Source: Nitrosopumilaceae archaeon (GTDB taxonomy: Archaea > Thermoproteota > Nitrososphaeria > Nitrososphaerales > Nitrosopumilaceae). Taken from it: DNA of 48,785 nucleotides. The notes under the pieces were generated by a model, which saw only the letters and a program-made list of their open reading frames with translations, was not told where the DNA came from and did no database searches. The stretch is taken from assembly GCA_035456305.1 (NCBI GenBank), contig DATIDL010000156.1, positions 1 through 48,785 on the forward strand, in the 5' to 3' direction. The position numbers and the translations under genes are program-made. Positions 9,205 to 20,524 of this stretch are shown here, one piece after another. How positions within the stretch are numbered: position 1 is the first letter of the stretch; each line of letters opens with the position of its first letter.

Positions 9205-9765
9205 TTGTCTGAAGAAAATGATACAAAAACATCTATCCAGGTGGAAACTAGTTCTGACGATGTTGAAGAATCAAATATGGATGAATTAAAAGGCAAACTC
9301 GCTAGGCAAGAAGAAACCATAACATCATATGAGAAAAAACTTCAATACCTTCTCGCAGATTTTGAAAATCTAAAAAAGAGAACAGAATCAGATATTCAAA
9401 ACCGTGTAAATTCTATATTGTCTGAAATTGTGCTAAAATTTCTATCTATTTATGATGATTTTGTGCGTGCAAAAGAAGCACTAGCAAAACAAAATGTAAA
9501 CACAGAAGGACTAGATGCAATTTTAAAAAATATGGATTCTTTTCTATTAGAATATGATGTAACTCCAATTGATGCATTAGGAGAAATATTCGATCCTAAA
9601 TTACATGAAGCCATAACTGTAAAAGAAGACCCAACATTGGATAGTGACACAATTACTGCAGAGATTCGTAAGGGATATATTTTACAGAATAGAGTAATTA
9701 GACCAAGCTTAGTAGAAATATCAAAAATATCAAAAAATAACTTGGCTGGTGAAAATAATGAGTAA
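9205..9765 (+). CDS. grpE: GrpE nucleotide exchange factor
   Basis: [13 protein letters not shown] coiled-coil signature and a C-terminal beta domain (HEAITV...[14 protein letters not shown]). TTG start. Lies immediately upstream of dnaK. Confidence 0.9.
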   Translation: MSEENDTKTSIQVETSSDDVEESNMDELKGKLARQEETITSYEKKLQYLLADFENLKKRTESDIQNRVNSILSEIVLKFLSIYDDFVRAKEALAKQNVNTEGLDAILKNMDSFLLEYDVTPIDALGEIFDPKLHEAITVKEDPTLDSDTITAEIRKGYILQNRVIRPSLVEISKISKNNLAGENNE

Positions 9766-11602
9766 AATTATAGGAATCGATTTAGGAACAAGTAATTCTG
9801 CTGCATCCGTTATGATGGGTGGAAAGCCAACCACAATACCTGCAGCTGAAGGTACCACAATTGGAGGAAAAGCATTTCCATCCATTGTTGCCTTTACAAA
9901 AGACGGTGAACTTCTTGTTGGAGAGCCAGCAAGAAGGCAAGCTGTAACCAATCCAACTGGAACAATTGTTGCAGCAAAACGAAAGATGGGGACCGATCAT
10001 ATTTTCAAAGTAAATGGAAAAGAATACAAACCCCAACAAATTTCTGCCTTTATTTTGCAAAAAATAAAAAGAGATGCAGAAGCATTCATTGGAGAAAAAA
10101 TTGAAAAGGCAGTAATCACGGTTCCAGCATACTTTAATGATAATCAAAGACAAGCTACAAAAGATGCAGGACAAATTGCTGGACTTGAAGTTGTTAGAAT
10201 AATAAACGAACCAACTGCGGCTTCACTTGCATTTGGTCTTGATAAAGCAAAACAAGACATGAAAATTATGGTATTTGACTTTGGTGGCGGAACACTAGAT
10301 GTCACTATAATGGAAATGGGAGGAGGTGTTTTTGAGGTCATGAGTACATCAGGTGATACACAACTTGGCGGAACTGATATGGACAAAGTTGTGATAGATT
10401 ACATACTTGAAACTTTCAAAAAAAGTTCTGGAATTGATCTCTCAAAAGATAATACTGCCATGGTTCGAGTAAGAGAATCTGCAGAAAAAGCAAAGATAGA
10501 ACTTTCTTCTGTAACTGAAACTGAAATCAACCTACCATTCGTATCTTATGATCAGACAACTGGGCCAAAGAACCTAGAGATGAAATTAACAAGAGCAAAA
10601 CTTGAGGAACTCATCAATCCAATAGTGGAAAGATGTAGATCATCAATGACAAAATCTTTGGAAGATGCAAAACTATCTACTAATGACATTTCAAAAATTG
10701 TTCTCGTTGGAGGACCTACACGAATTCCTCTAGTTAGAAAATTTGTTGCGTCTGTAATGGGCAAAGAACCAGAATCTGGGGTAGACCCAATGGAAGCAGT
10801 GGCTCTAGGTGCTGGTATTCAAGCAGGAATCATAGCTGGTGATGTTACAAGTGATATAGTGCTTCTTGATGTTACTCCGCTTACTCTTGGAGTAGAGGTA
10901 CTTGGAGGATTACGTGAACCACTTATTGACAGAAACACCACGATCCCAACTTCAAAAGGCAAAGTTTTCACCACCGCCGCAGATAATCAAACTGCAGTTA
11001 CAATACATATAGTACAAGGCGAAAGACCGATGGCAACAGACAATGTTTCACTTGGAAGTTTCAACCTTTCTGGAATTCCTCCTGCACCTAGAGGAATTCC
11101 ACAAATTGAAGTAAAATTTGATCTTGATGCAAATGGAATACTGAATGTAGTAGCAAAAGATCTAGGAACACAAAAGGAAGCTAAGATCACAATAACTGCA
11201 AGCACAAAGCTTTCCAAAGAAGAAATTGAGAAACTAAAAAAAGATGCGGAACTATACGCTGAACAAGATAAAAAGAAAAAAGAAGAAATTGATGTCAAGA
11301 ATGAAGCAGAAGGATATATCTATACAACTGAAAAATTAGTAAATCAGGATCTTAAAGACAAGATAAAACCAGAACAAGTAACAAAAGTAAATGATGCTGT
11401 AAAGGAATTAAAAGATGTACTTGAAAAAGGCTCTATAGAAATAAAGCCAAAACTTGATGCGCTAAAATCTTTAGTGAATGAGATCAGTACAGAACTCTAC
11501 AAAAATGTCACTCCTCCGCCTGGATCTGGTCAACAAACTGGTGCAGAACAACAAGCAGGTAATCCCAACGAACAGAATACCAGTCAAAGCAGCACGCCAT
11601 AA
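9758..11602 (+). CDS. dnaK: Hsp70 chaperone DnaK
   Basis: [20 protein letters not shown] and [10 protein letters not shown] signatures. ATG at 9758 ([10 protein letters not shown]) is preferred to the tracked GTG at 9749 and overlaps the grpE stop by 8 nt. Confidence 0.97.
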   Translation: MSKIIGIDLGTSNSAASVMMGGKPTTIPAAEGTTIGGKAFPSIVAFTKDGELLVGEPARRQAVTNPTGTIVAAKRKMGTDHIFKVNGKEYKPQQISAFILQKIKRDAEAFIGEKIEKAVITVPAYFNDNQRQATKDAGQIAGLEVVRIINEPTAASLAFGLDKAKQDMKIMVFDFGGGTLDVTIMEMGGGVFEVMSTSGDTQLGGTDMDKVVIDYILETFKKSSGIDLSKDNTAMVRVRESAEKAKIELSSVTETEINLPFVSYDQTTGPKNLEMKLTRAKLEELINPIVERCRSSMTKSLEDAKLSTNDISKIVLVGGPTRIPLVRKFVASVMGKEPESGVDPMEAVALGAGIQAGIIAGDVTSDIVLLDVTPLTLGVEVLGGLREPLIDRNTTIPTSKGKVFTTAADNQTAVTIHIVQGERPMATDNVSLGSFNLSGIPPAPRGIPQIEVKFDLDANGILNVVAKDLGTQKEAKITITASTKLSKEEIEKLKKDAELYAEQDKKKKEEIDVKNEAEGYIYTTEKLVNQDLKDKIKPEQVTKVNDAVKELKDVLEKGSIEIKPKLDALKSLVNEISTELYKNVTPPPGSGQQTGAEQQAGNPNEQNTSQSSTP

Positions 11603-11649
11603 TCTATTGATAGTTTATACTACCCATTTTCATTAATTATTTTTGAATC

Positions 11650-12765
11650 ATGTCAAATTCGATTAATTTCTTAGCTATTGTTTTTTCAATTTTTCTTATT
11701 GCAAGTACGCAAAATTATTCTGCCTCGGCAGAATCTGATACCATCAAGTTCTATGGTATGGGTAAGGTAGACCAATCAAGTCAGTTTTCGGGTGAAATTG
11801 TAAGAACGATAATTGATGGTGACAAAGGGACAATTATACACAGCACAGACAATGGTCTAGTTGTAGTAAGACTAGAATTATCAGAAAGTGAAGCGTGTAT
11901 TCTAAAACTATCGACTATATGCTTTGACGCTAAGGTAACCAAAGTGAGGGGAACCGATATTCAGGTTGGTGATGAAATTAATCTAACTATAGACCTAGAA
12001 AACAAAAAAGAATTCCTCTCTGTTGTTTCAGGACAATTCCAAGGCGAAAATATCGTAATTGATCTTGTAAAGACTAGAACTAGAGATAATGGCGAATTTA
12101 CCTTAATGTTTACACGTGAAGGAGGAATTGCTGGAATGCAGAGAAAAATAACAATTGATTCAGAAACAAAAACAATGCTAATTCAAAATGGTCCTGACGA
12201 ACCTTCGCCATTAGTTCTTAGTGATGATGATATTACACAAATAAGAGATACAATTCAACGAAACGGCTTTTTTGATTTTAATATAAAAAAATATCCTCCA
12301 GTTGTAGGATCAGCAGATTATTTTACTTATGATATGGAAGTAACCGCTGCTCATTTTACTAACAAAATACAATGGACTGATACTTCTGAAAATGTTCCAA
12401 AAAAACTTTATTTAATAAATGAAAAACTACAAAACATTATTCTATCTTTCATAGACGAACATCCATTAGAAATTCTTCCACTTAACATTGCACGTGAATT
12501 TGTTATTTCTAGTCCTACTTTTGCTTTTGATGGTATGGAAGAAACCTTACAAGTACAATTAAGCAGCGTAACTGATGAAGCCACTCCTGAATACGAAATT
12601 CACGCAAACTTTGATTCAAGACATGGAGGTTATGGAGACAGAACAGGTCAGATGGTTACAGAAGCAATCACTCCACATCTCATGGTTATAACAATCTCAG
12701 ATGGTAAGGTTGTATCTGCTATCATAGACGGTACATGGGACGAAATTAATCAAAAGTTACTGTAG
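11650..12765 (+). CDS. exported or membrane-anchored hypothetical protein, possible protease-inhibitor-like (emfourin-like) central domain
   Basis: N-terminal signal/anchor [21 protein letters not shown]. The central segment [17 protein letters not shown]...NGFFDF...[10 protein letters not shown] recalls, from memory, the emfourin-type pattern. Its stop lies 2 nt before the dnaJ ATG. Confidence 0.6.
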   Translation: MSNSINFLAIVFSIFLIASTQNYSASAESDTIKFYGMGKVDQSSQFSGEIVRTIIDGDKGTIIHSTDNGLVVVRLELSESEACILKLSTICFDAKVTKVRGTDIQVGDEINLTIDLENKKEFLSVVSGQFQGENIVIDLVKTRTRDNGEFTLMFTREGGIAGMQRKITIDSETKTMLIQNGPDEPSPLVLSDDDITQIRDTIQRNGFFDFNIKKYPPVVGSADYFTYDMEVTAAHFTNKIQWTDTSENVPKKLYLINEKLQNIILSFIDEHPLEILPLNIAREFVISSPTFAFDGMEETLQVQLSSVTDEATPEYEIHANFDSRHGGYGDRTGQMVTEAITPHLMVITISDGKVVSAIIDGTWDEINQKLL

Positions 12766-12767
12766 CT

Positions 12768-13856
12768 ATGAGTGCTAAACGAGATTATTATGAAGTTCTT
12801 GGCCTGCAAAAGAATGCTTCAGAGGCAGAAATAAAATCGCAATATAGAAAACTAGCTCTGAAATTTCATCCGGATAGAAACAAATCTCCTGATGCAACAG
12901 AACATTTTAAAGAAATATCAGAAGCCTATGCAATTTTATCTGATGGTGAAAAACGCAAGGTATACGATCAATATGGTCATGCTGGTGTAGATGGAAGGTA
13001 TAGCACTGAGGACATATTCCGTGGTGCCCGAGTTAACTTTGAAGATATTTTTGGTGGGTTTGGAAGTGGTGGATTTGATTCCATCTTTGAATCACTTTTT
13101 GGTAGGGGTGGTGGTTTTGGAGGATTTGGTAGAGAAAGAGGAGCAGATCTGATCTATGAAACTTCGATAACACTAGAAGATGTTCTAAAGGGGAAACGAG
13201 AAGAAATTGATCTACAAAAGGATGTAGAATGTGAAAATTGTAAAGGTTCAGGTTGTGCACCTGGTACTACAAAACGAACATGTACTGTGTGTAACGGGCA
13301 AGGACAAATGAGGACTACACGTAATATGGGATTCTCAACCTTTGTTACTGTACATCCATGTAATACTTGCAATGGGCAAGGGAAAATTATAGAAAGACCA
13401 TGCAGCAAATGCAAAGGAAAAGGCAAACAAAAAGGAACAAAACATCTTTCCTTTGACATTCCTCCAGGCGTAGATAGCGGCGAATATACTATTCGTGGAG
13501 AGGGAGAATCGGTAGAAAGCGGAATAAACGGAGATCTTGTTGTTAGAATTAGAGTAAAACCACATGAGAAATTCAAAAGAGACGGGGCTGACATATTCTA
13601 TGACGCTAACATATCTATAGTTGATGCAGCTCTTGGCAAAACTATTACAGTCCCTACTCTGGAAGGCACAGAAAAGATGACTATAGAGCAGGGTAGTCAG
13701 CCAAACACGATAATAAAACTCAGGGGTAAAGGATTACCACATGTGAATGGTAGGGGAAAAGGCGATGAATATGTTAGACTTGTAATCGTAATACCAACCA
13801 AGCTTGACAAGCACCAAAAGAAACTACTAGAAGAATTTCGAGATACTCTTAATTAA
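12768..13856 (+). CDS. dnaJ: Hsp40 co-chaperone DnaJ (type I)
   Basis: J domain DYYEVLGL...HPDRNK, a G/F-rich linker, and four CxxCxGxG repeats ([32 protein letters not shown]). Confidence 0.95.
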   Translation: MSAKRDYYEVLGLQKNASEAEIKSQYRKLALKFHPDRNKSPDATEHFKEISEAYAILSDGEKRKVYDQYGHAGVDGRYSTEDIFRGARVNFEDIFGGFGSGGFDSIFESLFGRGGGFGGFGRERGADLIYETSITLEDVLKGKREEIDLQKDVECENCKGSGCAPGTTKRTCTVCNGQGQMRTTRNMGFSTFVTVHPCNTCNGQGKIIERPCSKCKGKGKQKGTKHLSFDIPPGVDSGEYTIRGEGESVESGINGDLVVRIRVKPHEKFKRDGADIFYDANISIVDAALGKTITVPTLEGTEKMTIEQGSQPNTIIKLRGKGLPHVNGRGKGDEYVRLVIVIPTKLDKHQKKLLEEFRDTLN

Positions 13857-13868
13857 TAAAAAACACAA

Positions 13869-14429
13869 GTGAAAAAGTTGAGAATAGGGCTTGATGTTGA
13901 TGGAGTTCTTGCAGACGTTATTCAAGCATGGCTTTCTTACAATAATAATATTCGTTCCTATATCTCAAAATCAGATATCACCGAGTGGGATTTCTGGAAA
14001 AAATTTCAAATAGATAAATTTGATTTTTATAAAGAACTCTCTCTGTGTTGGAAATCTTGGGAAAACATTCCTTCTACAGAAGAAAGTCTTTCTATAGTAA
14101 CCTCTGAACTTTCAAAATTTGGTACGGTGGACATAGTTACTGCAAGAGAAGAATCAACACATGATCATGTAAAAAATTGGCTTAAATTAAAAAAAATTAA
14201 TTATAAAAATTATGTTGGTGTTTTTGAGGGAACAGAAAAAACTAAACTAGACTATGATGTTTTCATCGATGACTCACCAATAAATGCAAAAAGTATGCTT
14301 TGTGAAGGAAAATCAGTAATACTTTACACTCAACCTTGGAATCTGAGATTTGATGATAGAAGAGCTCAAAGAATACATCAACTAAAAGATGCAATTCCTA
14401 TAATAAAGACACTTATTCAGGAAGGCTAA
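13869..14429 (+). CDS. HAD-superfamily 5'(3')-deoxyribonucleotidase-like phosphatase
   Basis: Motif I GLDVDGVLAD (DxDxV), 186 aa, and a downstream FIDDSP motif. GTG start. Confidence 0.6.
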   Translation: MKKLRIGLDVDGVLADVIQAWLSYNNNIRSYISKSDITEWDFWKKFQIDKFDFYKELSLCWKSWENIPSTEESLSIVTSELSKFGTVDIVTAREESTHDHVKNWLKLKKINYKNYVGVFEGTEKTKLDYDVFIDDSPINAKSMLCEGKSVILYTQPWNLRFDDRRAQRIHQLKDAIPIIKTLIQEG

Positions 14430-14441
14430 TTTTTTTCGTTG

Positions 14442-14526
14442 CGGGGGTCGCCTAGCCTGGTCAACGGCGTAAGGCTCAGAACCTTATCTCTTAGGAGTTC
14501 GTGGGTTCAAATCCCACCTCCCGCAT
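14442..14526 (+). tRNA. tRNA-Leu (anticodon CAG), long variable arm
   Basis: GCGGGGG TC GCCT...GGCG TAAGG CTCAGAA CCTTA, variable arm TCTCTTAGGAGTTC, GTGGG TTCAAAT CCCAC CTCCCGC A. 85 nt. Confidence 0.9.
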
Positions 14527-14546
14527 GTTTGTAAATAACATAATAC

Positions 14547-14849
14547 ATGTCTAAATACGCCAACAACTTTAAACCTCAGTTAAAAGTAAGCACCATAATG
14601 GGAAAAATCAAAAGAGTGAGTGGCCGTGGTACTTCAGTTCGTGAAGAAGATGAAAAACCCCAGAATTGGGCAGGAGATGCATATAGAGATGTTCAAAAAA
14701 AGAAAATGGAATCATTAGGGAAAGACTTCAAAATTTCTAGCGGACGTGGTACTGGAAGCAAGAAACTCCAAGATGCACCGGAAAAACCATCTACTAAGGG
14801 CTATTATGTTAGTACTGGTAGAGGCACAGGAAAAAGAAAACTCGAATAA
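14547..14849 (+). CDS. small basic protein with three (S/T)GRGT(S/G) repeats
   Basis: 100 aa. The repeats are SGRGTSVRE, SGRGTGSKKLQD and TGRGTGKRKLE. The gene starts 20 nt after tRNA-Leu. An alternative start is at M18. Confidence 0.5.
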   Translation: MSKYANNFKPQLKVSTIMGKIKRVSGRGTSVREEDEKPQNWAGDAYRDVQKKKMESLGKDFKISSGRGTGSKKLQDAPEKPSTKGYYVSTGRGTGKRKLE

Positions 14850-14955
14850 CTGTTCACGTGATTACATAGTAAAAAATCAGTGAACTCTTTATTTTAGCTA
14901 TATTTATTTTTAGATTTATAGAAAATTTATAATGCTAATTTAAAAGTCAAATTAA

Positions 14956-16860
14956 TTATTTTTGACGAATTTTTTCTTTAATTTTCTTTTCCAAAATTTG
15001 ATTTAATTTCTGTCCATCTACTTTTCCACGCATTGTTTTCATTGCAATTCCCATTAACGGACCGATTGATCTTTCACCTTGTTCTTTAATAATGCCAATA
15101 TTTGCATTAACAAGATCTTCTAATGCATTCTCAATCTCCATGGGTTCAATCTTTTTTATGGCTGATTTTTCAATAGTTTCAACAGCTGAATGTGTCTTAC
15201 CTGACATGATGCTTTCAAAAATCATCTCAATGGATTCTTTTGTAATTTTATCTTCTGCAAGAAAGCTAAAAATTTGAAGAATTTCAGCAGGTTTTAACAG
15301 TTCTGCATTCAATCCCTGCCTCTCTAGGTTTGTGATAGTACTGCAAAGAATGGATGCAGCAAAATTTGGTGAAATTCTCTTATCCTGACAAATTTTCTCA
15401 AACAAATCTGAATAATTTGAATCAAAAATTTGTATTGCAAGCTGTGAATTAAGCTGATATGTTTTTTGCAGATCTGATATTGTCTCTTCCCAAGAATGCG
15501 GTATGTTTTTTTGTGCATCTACAAGTTCATTTTTTGTAACAGAAATGGGCGGAATGTCAGTTTCTGGATACATCCTTGATGCTCCAGGTCTTGGTCTCAA
15601 ATACACAGTTTCACCATTAACGGTTGCTGCTCTAGTTTCTGCTGGCACCCCTATTTTTGCATCTTCGATTCTTTTGATAATTGATTCTATTGCAGGATCT
15701 ACCTTTCGTATTTCTCCTGCTAATATTAGAAATGCATCATTTTGTTCAAGCTCCAACAATTTTCTAACCTCCTGAATCTCAAAATTCTCTATTCCATAAT
15801 TTGGTAACTCATCAGAATGAAAAACCCCACCTAATCCAAAAAATCTTACAAGTTCACCAATCTGTTTTCCCAATCTTATTCCTTCATATGGTTCAAAACT
15901 AAACATACCAGAGAGATTTTTTATTCTAATTGCCTTTACAACTGCGCCTTCTGTTAATGATTTTTGTATAGTTTTTGATTTACAATTTTTGAAAATCTTT
16001 GTAACATCCTTTACATCTCTTTCCTTTGCTATCCTATCAGTTTCTATTTTTTTTAATTTATCCGCAATTATGAGTAAGCCATGTTGCCTTTTCGCTTCAT
16101 ATTCTATGACTTTTTCAAGTTGATCTAGTTGCTGGACACCTTTTACTTCAATTATATTTCCACCCTCGATGGATACATTGACATCTTGTCTTATTGTTCC
16201 TAAACCACGTTCCACTCTTTTTGTGGCACGAAGTAATCTTCCAAGGGTTAGTGCAATTTTTTTAATTTCTTCAGGTTTACCAGAAATTGGTTCTAACGCA
16301 ATCTCTACCAATGGAACACCAAGTCTATCCAAAGAATATTCTTTTGTTTCTATAGTTTCACCTAGGATCTTTGCTGCATCTTCCTCTAAACAAATGCCTT
16401 GTACTCCAACTTTAATTCCATCTACTTCAAGATGGCCTCCTTGTGAAACAAGCATAGTTCTCTGAAAACCAGATGTATTAGATCCATCTATGACAAGCTT
16501 TCTCATCACATGAATCTCATTGAAAATATTTGATTTTAGAGCAGATGCTATAACGAGCACAATTTCTTTTGCATCTTTATTTACACCATGAGGAGGTTCT
16601 TCGTCTTGTTCCACAAGGCAACTACTTGAAGGATTTGCATGATAAACTATGATCTTTGCCTTACTACGCTCAAATACGGCTGTAGGATCATATTCGCCAA
16701 GCTCACTCTTAGCAAGTCTTAACCTGCGAAAAAACTTTATCGGATATTCTTCTGATTCTGTATTAGAACAGTTACAAAATAATTTTTTATTTGTAGCTAA
16801 TTGCTGATGTATTTCTAAACCAACTTTTAATCCTATTTTATCTAACTGAAGATTAGACAT
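14956..16860 (-). CDS. gatE: Glu-tRNA(Gln) amidotransferase subunit E
   Basis: KVGLEIHQQL GatB/E signature. 634 aa, the archaeal GatE length. Directly downstream of gatD. Confidence 0.93.
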   Translation of the reverse strand: MSNLQLDKIGLKVGLEIHQQLATNKKLFCNCSNTESEEYPIKFFRRLRLAKSELGEYDPTAVFERSKAKIIVYHANPSSSCLVEQDEEPPHGVNKDAKEIVLVIASALKSNIFNEIHVMRKLVIDGSNTSGFQRTMLVSQGGHLEVDGIKVGVQGICLEEDAAKILGETIETKEYSLDRLGVPLVEIALEPISGKPEEIKKIALTLGRLLRATKRVERGLGTIRQDVNVSIEGGNIIEVKGVQQLDQLEKVIEYEAKRQHGLLIIADKLKKIETDRIAKERDVKDVTKIFKNCKSKTIQKSLTEGAVVKAIRIKNLSGMFSFEPYEGIRLGKQIGELVRFFGLGGVFHSDELPNYGIENFEIQEVRKLLELEQNDAFLILAGEIRKVDPAIESIIKRIEDAKIGVPAETRAATVNGETVYLRPRPGASRMYPETDIPPISVTKNELVDAQKNIPHSWEETISDLQKTYQLNSQLAIQIFDSNYSDLFEKICQDKRISPNFAASILCSTITNLERQGLNAELLKPAEILQIFSFLAEDKITKESIEMIFESIMSGKTHSAVETIEKSAIKKIEPMEIENALEDLVNANIGIIKEQGERSIGPLMGIAMKTMRGKVDGQKLNQILEKKIKEKIRQK

Positions 16861-16896
16861 TTCTCATTTATTATTTGTCTTACTTTTTAAGCTTAG

Positions 16897-18186
16897 TTAG
16901 TCTGAAAATTCTAGGGCTATGTTTTCTCTCATCAATTTTTCCATTTCTTGATGATTCTTTGAATTGCCAAGAGCCCACATTGTTTTGACAAGTGCAGTCT
17001 CAGGAACCATGTTTGCGAGAGGAATTACTCCCAAACTCAGTAAATCCCTTCCACTTTCATAAACTGTCATGCTTACCATTCCATCTATGCATTGAGATGT
17101 CATCCCAATAAACAGCCCTTTCTTCTTTGCTTTACTCACGCTATCGTACATAACTTTTCCAACATGCCCAAGACCTGTTCCTTCAAAAATTATTGCTTTA
17201 TGCCCATCTTCTATTATGTGATCTATAATTTTTGGACTAAGACCTGGATAATACTTCACTAACGCTACACGTGTATCGAAATTAATTCTTGGTAGGTAGT
17301 CTTTTTTAGTGTAATTGAATTGTGGGTTTTTTTCTATCTTGTCTTGGTTTACTATAAACGCGGGGTTTCCTCCCACAGTCTGAAACGCATTTCGCTTGCT
17401 AGTGTGATTCTTCCTTACTCGCGTACCCCAATGACAAGCAATTTCATCATCACTTGTGGTATTATGCATTACCACGTAAATTCCACCGATATTGCATTCA
17501 ATAAGGAATTTTGTTGCAGCAATTAGATTAGTAGCGGCATCAGAAGATGGTCTATCTGATGATCTTTGTGATCCAACTAGCGCAATAGGAATTGGAATAC
17601 CTGCTAAAGCAAAAGAAAGTGCAGATGCAGTATATTGCATAGTATCTGTGCCATGAGCAACTATGATTCCTATGTATTCCGATTTGGTGTACGAGTTTAT
17701 TTTTTCTGCTATTTTCTTCCAGTGTTCTGGTAGTAAATTTTCAGAATATTCTGAAAAAAGAACTTCTGTGTCTATGTTTGCTATGTTTGAAATCTCCGGT
17801 ACATTCGCATTAAGTTCAGCAGCTGTGAGAACAGGTGTGACCCCACCTGTTCTGTAATCTATTTTACTTGCAATTGTTCCACCTGTAGAAATTAAGAGAA
17901 TCTTTGGTAAGTTTGGATTAGTTTGTGATTGAGGAATAGTTTCTTTTTTTATTGAACTAGATGATGATTCTACTTCAACTTTCTTTATTTTGTTTATTTC
18001 AAGCCCAATATTATATCCACTTTTAAGCTTTAAAACAATATGCTCATCATCACTGTATTCATAACGTGGCATGACAATGCCAGAATATTTTGAATCAGTA
18101 ACTACTATGATCAAATCGCCTACGCTGATGTTGTTTTTTTGTAGGAAATTGAGAGTTTTTCCCTTGTATCCGCTGTGACTTGACAT
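16897..18186 (-). CDS. gatD: Glu-tRNA(Gln) amidotransferase subunit D (asparaginase-like)
   Basis: STGGTIASKIDY and VAHGTDTMQY asparaginase motifs. A/T box TTTTAATAAAAT lies 21-32 nt upstream of the ATG. Confidence 0.93.
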   Translation of the reverse strand: MSSHSGYKGKTLNFLQKNNISVGDLIIVVTDSKYSGIVMPRYEYSDDEHIVLKLKSGYNIGLEINKIKKVEVESSSSSIKKETIPQSQTNPNLPKILLISTGGTIASKIDYRTGGVTPVLTAAELNANVPEISNIANIDTEVLFSEYSENLLPEHWKKIAEKINSYTKSEYIGIIVAHGTDTMQYTASALSFALAGIPIPIALVGSQRSSDRPSSDAATNLIAATKFLIECNIGGIYVVMHNTTSDDEIACHWGTRVRKNHTSKRNAFQTVGGNPAFIVNQDKIEKNPQFNYTKKDYLPRINFDTRVALVKYYPGLSPKIIDHIIEDGHKAIIFEGTGLGHVGKVMYDSVSKAKKKGLFIGMTSQCIDGMVSMTVYESGRDLLSLGVIPLANMVPETALVKTMWALGNSKNHQEMEKLMRENIALEFSD

Positions 18187-18218
18187 TTAACTGAATTAGA
18201 ACTGTTATTTTATTAAAA

Positions 18219-20420
18219 TTACCTGTAGTAGGGAACTGCCACTTTTTCGCCTATCTTGAGCTCTTTTTGGGTTCTTACTTTTCTGACTGCTTCCTCGAAA
18301 TGTCTCATTGTTACTTTGGCAGTTGCAGCCTGTTTTTCAGCTTCTTTTTGATCTGGATATTTATCAAGAAATTCATGTATGACTAGTGATACTGCAGTAT
18401 TTGCAATAGATGCCACATCAGCTCCACTTAGTCCATCTGTTGTATCTGCAATTTTTTCTAAATCAACATAATTGAGGTTTTTTCCAGCCTCTGTTTTTTG
18501 TTCTCTATCTATTGGAATCTCCTTTGTACTAATTTCCAATATCTTCTTTCTACCTTCCTTGTCTGGCATAGGTACAAGTATTATTTTGTCAAATCTGCCA
18601 GGTCTTAGTAATGCTGTATCGATCATATCGGCTCTATTGGTTGCTGCAAGTACAACTACTCCATGAAGACTTTCTATGCCGTCAAGCTCTGTTAAGAGTT
18701 GGCTTACCACTCTCTCAGTAACTGCTGTTTCTCCACCGACTCCTCTCACTGGAGCAATAGAATCTATTTCATCGAAGAATATTACACATGGGGATGCTTG
18801 TCGTGCCCTTCTGAATATTTCTCGTATTCCTCGTTCTGATTCTCCTACCCATTTTGATAAGAGCTCTGGTCCTCTAACAGAAATAAAATTGGCTTCACTC
18901 TCTGTTGCTACTGCTTTTGCTAAAAGTGTCTTTCCAGTTCCACTTGGTCCATGTAACAAAATTCCTCTTGGCATTCTGTGACCAAGTTTAGAGTAAAGTG
19001 TAGGATATTTCATTGGCCACTCTACACCTTCTTGTAGTTCGCGTTTGACAGTTTCTAATCCTCCAACTTCATCCCAGCTTACATCTGGATTTTCAATGAA
19101 TACTTCACGCATTCCTGACGGTGTTACTTCTTTTAGCGCATTCTGGTAATCATCATAATTTACAATAAGCTTGTCTAATGTTTCAGGTGGAAGCTTTTCA
19201 TCTTCTAAGTTAAGCTCTGGTAAGAGTCTCCTTAAGCACTTCATTGCAGCTTCTTTGCAAAGATATTCCAAATCGGCACCTACATAACCATGGCTAATTG
19301 CTGCAATCTTCTCCAAGTTCACATCATCACTTAGAGGCATGTTTCGTGTGTGAATCATGAGGATGTCCTTTCTTCCTTTCTTGTCTGGTACTTTGATCTC
19401 AATTTCTCTATCAAATCTTCCAGGTCTTCTTAGCGCAGGATCTATTGCATTTGGTCTGTTTGTTGCAGATATTACAATTACTTTGCCTCTTGCTTCCAAA
19501 CCATCCATGAGTGATAGTAGCTGAGAAACCACTCTTCTCTCAACCTCTCCTGTCACCTCTTCTCTTTTTGGTGCAATGGAGTCTATCTCATCTATGAAAA
19601 TGATTGAAGGCGATTTTTCTTTTGCTTCTTTAAAAATTTCTCTTAACCTTGCTTCGCTTTCTCCATAGAACTTGCTCATGATCTCAGGACCTGAAATGCT
19701 GATAAAATGTGCATTACTTTCATTTGCAACTGCTTTTGCTAGCAAAGTCTTTCCAGTACCAGGTGGTCCATAGAGCAACACACCTTTTGGAGCTTCGATT
19801 CCAAGTTTTTCAAAAATTTCTGGATGTCTTAGAGGAAGCTCAATCATTTCTCTAACTTTTTTAATTTCATCAGTTAAACCACCAATGTCTTCATAAGTGA
19901 CCTGTGGAACTCCACGTAAGGTTTCACCTTTTTCTGCAATGTGAAATACTGTTTTTTGTGTAACAAGTACTGCATCTGCAGCTGGCGTGACTCCAATCAC
20001 TTGGAAAGTTAATCTTCCACCAAAGTATGGCACCATGACATTATCGCCTTTTATCAATGGGACACTTTCTAGTGCATCCGCAAGATATCTTTCGTCTATG
20101 GGTGGAATTGCTTCAAGTGGTGCTACTACAACCTTTTCTGCGGCAACTGCCTTGATCTTTCGCACTGCGACAGTATCTCCGATGGCTATGCCTGCATTAT
20201 TTCTAACAAGTCCGTCGACTCGAATAATTCCTTTTCCTTCATCTGATGGGTAAAGCGGTAAACATTTTGCTACGGTTCTTCTTTTTCCTTTGATCTCGAT
20301 AACATCTCCAGTTGACGCACTAAGTGAATCCATGGAATCATAATCAATGCGTGCTACTCCTCTCCCGACATCACGAGTATATGCCTCGAGTACTTTAAGA
20401 GAAAGAGTATTCTGGCTCAT
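18219..20420 (-). CDS. cdc48: Cdc48/VCP-like AAA+ ATPase (two AAA modules)
   Basis: N domain plus D1 ([18 protein letters not shown]) and D2 ([18 protein letters not shown]). 733 aa. Confidence 0.95.
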   Translation of the reverse strand: MSQNTLSLKVLEAYTRDVGRGVARIDYDSMDSLSASTGDVIEIKGKRRTVAKCLPLYPSDEGKGIIRVDGLVRNNAGIAIGDTVAVRKIKAVAAEKVVVAPLEAIPPIDERYLADALESVPLIKGDNVMVPYFGGRLTFQVIGVTPAADAVLVTQKTVFHIAEKGETLRGVPQVTYEDIGGLTDEIKKVREMIELPLRHPEIFEKLGIEAPKGVLLYGPPGTGKTLLAKAVANESNAHFISISGPEIMSKFYGESEARLREIFKEAKEKSPSIIFIDEIDSIAPKREEVTGEVERRVVSQLLSLMDGLEARGKVIVISATNRPNAIDPALRRPGRFDREIEIKVPDKKGRKDILMIHTRNMPLSDDVNLEKIAAISHGYVGADLEYLCKEAAMKCLRRLLPELNLEDEKLPPETLDKLIVNYDDYQNALKEVTPSGMREVFIENPDVSWDEVGGLETVKRELQEGVEWPMKYPTLYSKLGHRMPRGILLHGPSGTGKTLLAKAVATESEANFISVRGPELLSKWVGESERGIREIFRRARQASPCVIFFDEIDSIAPVRGVGGETAVTERVVSQLLTELDGIESLHGVVVLAATNRADMIDTALLRPGRFDKIILVPMPDKEGRKKILEISTKEIPIDREQKTEAGKNLNYVDLEKIADTTDGLSGADVASIANTAVSLVIHEFLDKYPDQKEAEKQAATAKVTMRHFEEAVRKVRTQKELKIGEKVAVPYYR

Positions 20421-20440
20421 AGAATAAACACTCCTAAACT

Positions 20441-20450
20441 AATTTTTATA
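20441..20450 (-). promoter_or_regulatory. TATA-like box (TATAAAAATT on minus strand) 21-30 nt upstream of the cdc48 ATG
   Basis: The position fits a leaderless or very short-leader mRNA. The same A/T element could also serve the divergent rpl2 gene. Confidence 0.35.
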
Positions 20451-20524
20451 CCTTTGTTGGCTTTGATCCATTACATACAGTGATCCAAAGCTTAAAATCA
20501 ACAAGATAAAACAGCTCATCTGCT

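Noticed and set aside
13154-13594. 146-aa ORF antisense to dnaJ, and the similar antisense ORFs in dnaK (9782-10174, 10987-11298), cdc48, gatE, lhr and others
   Set aside because: These are shadow ORFs opposite highly conserved genes. None has motifs, and all overlap a confidently called CDS.
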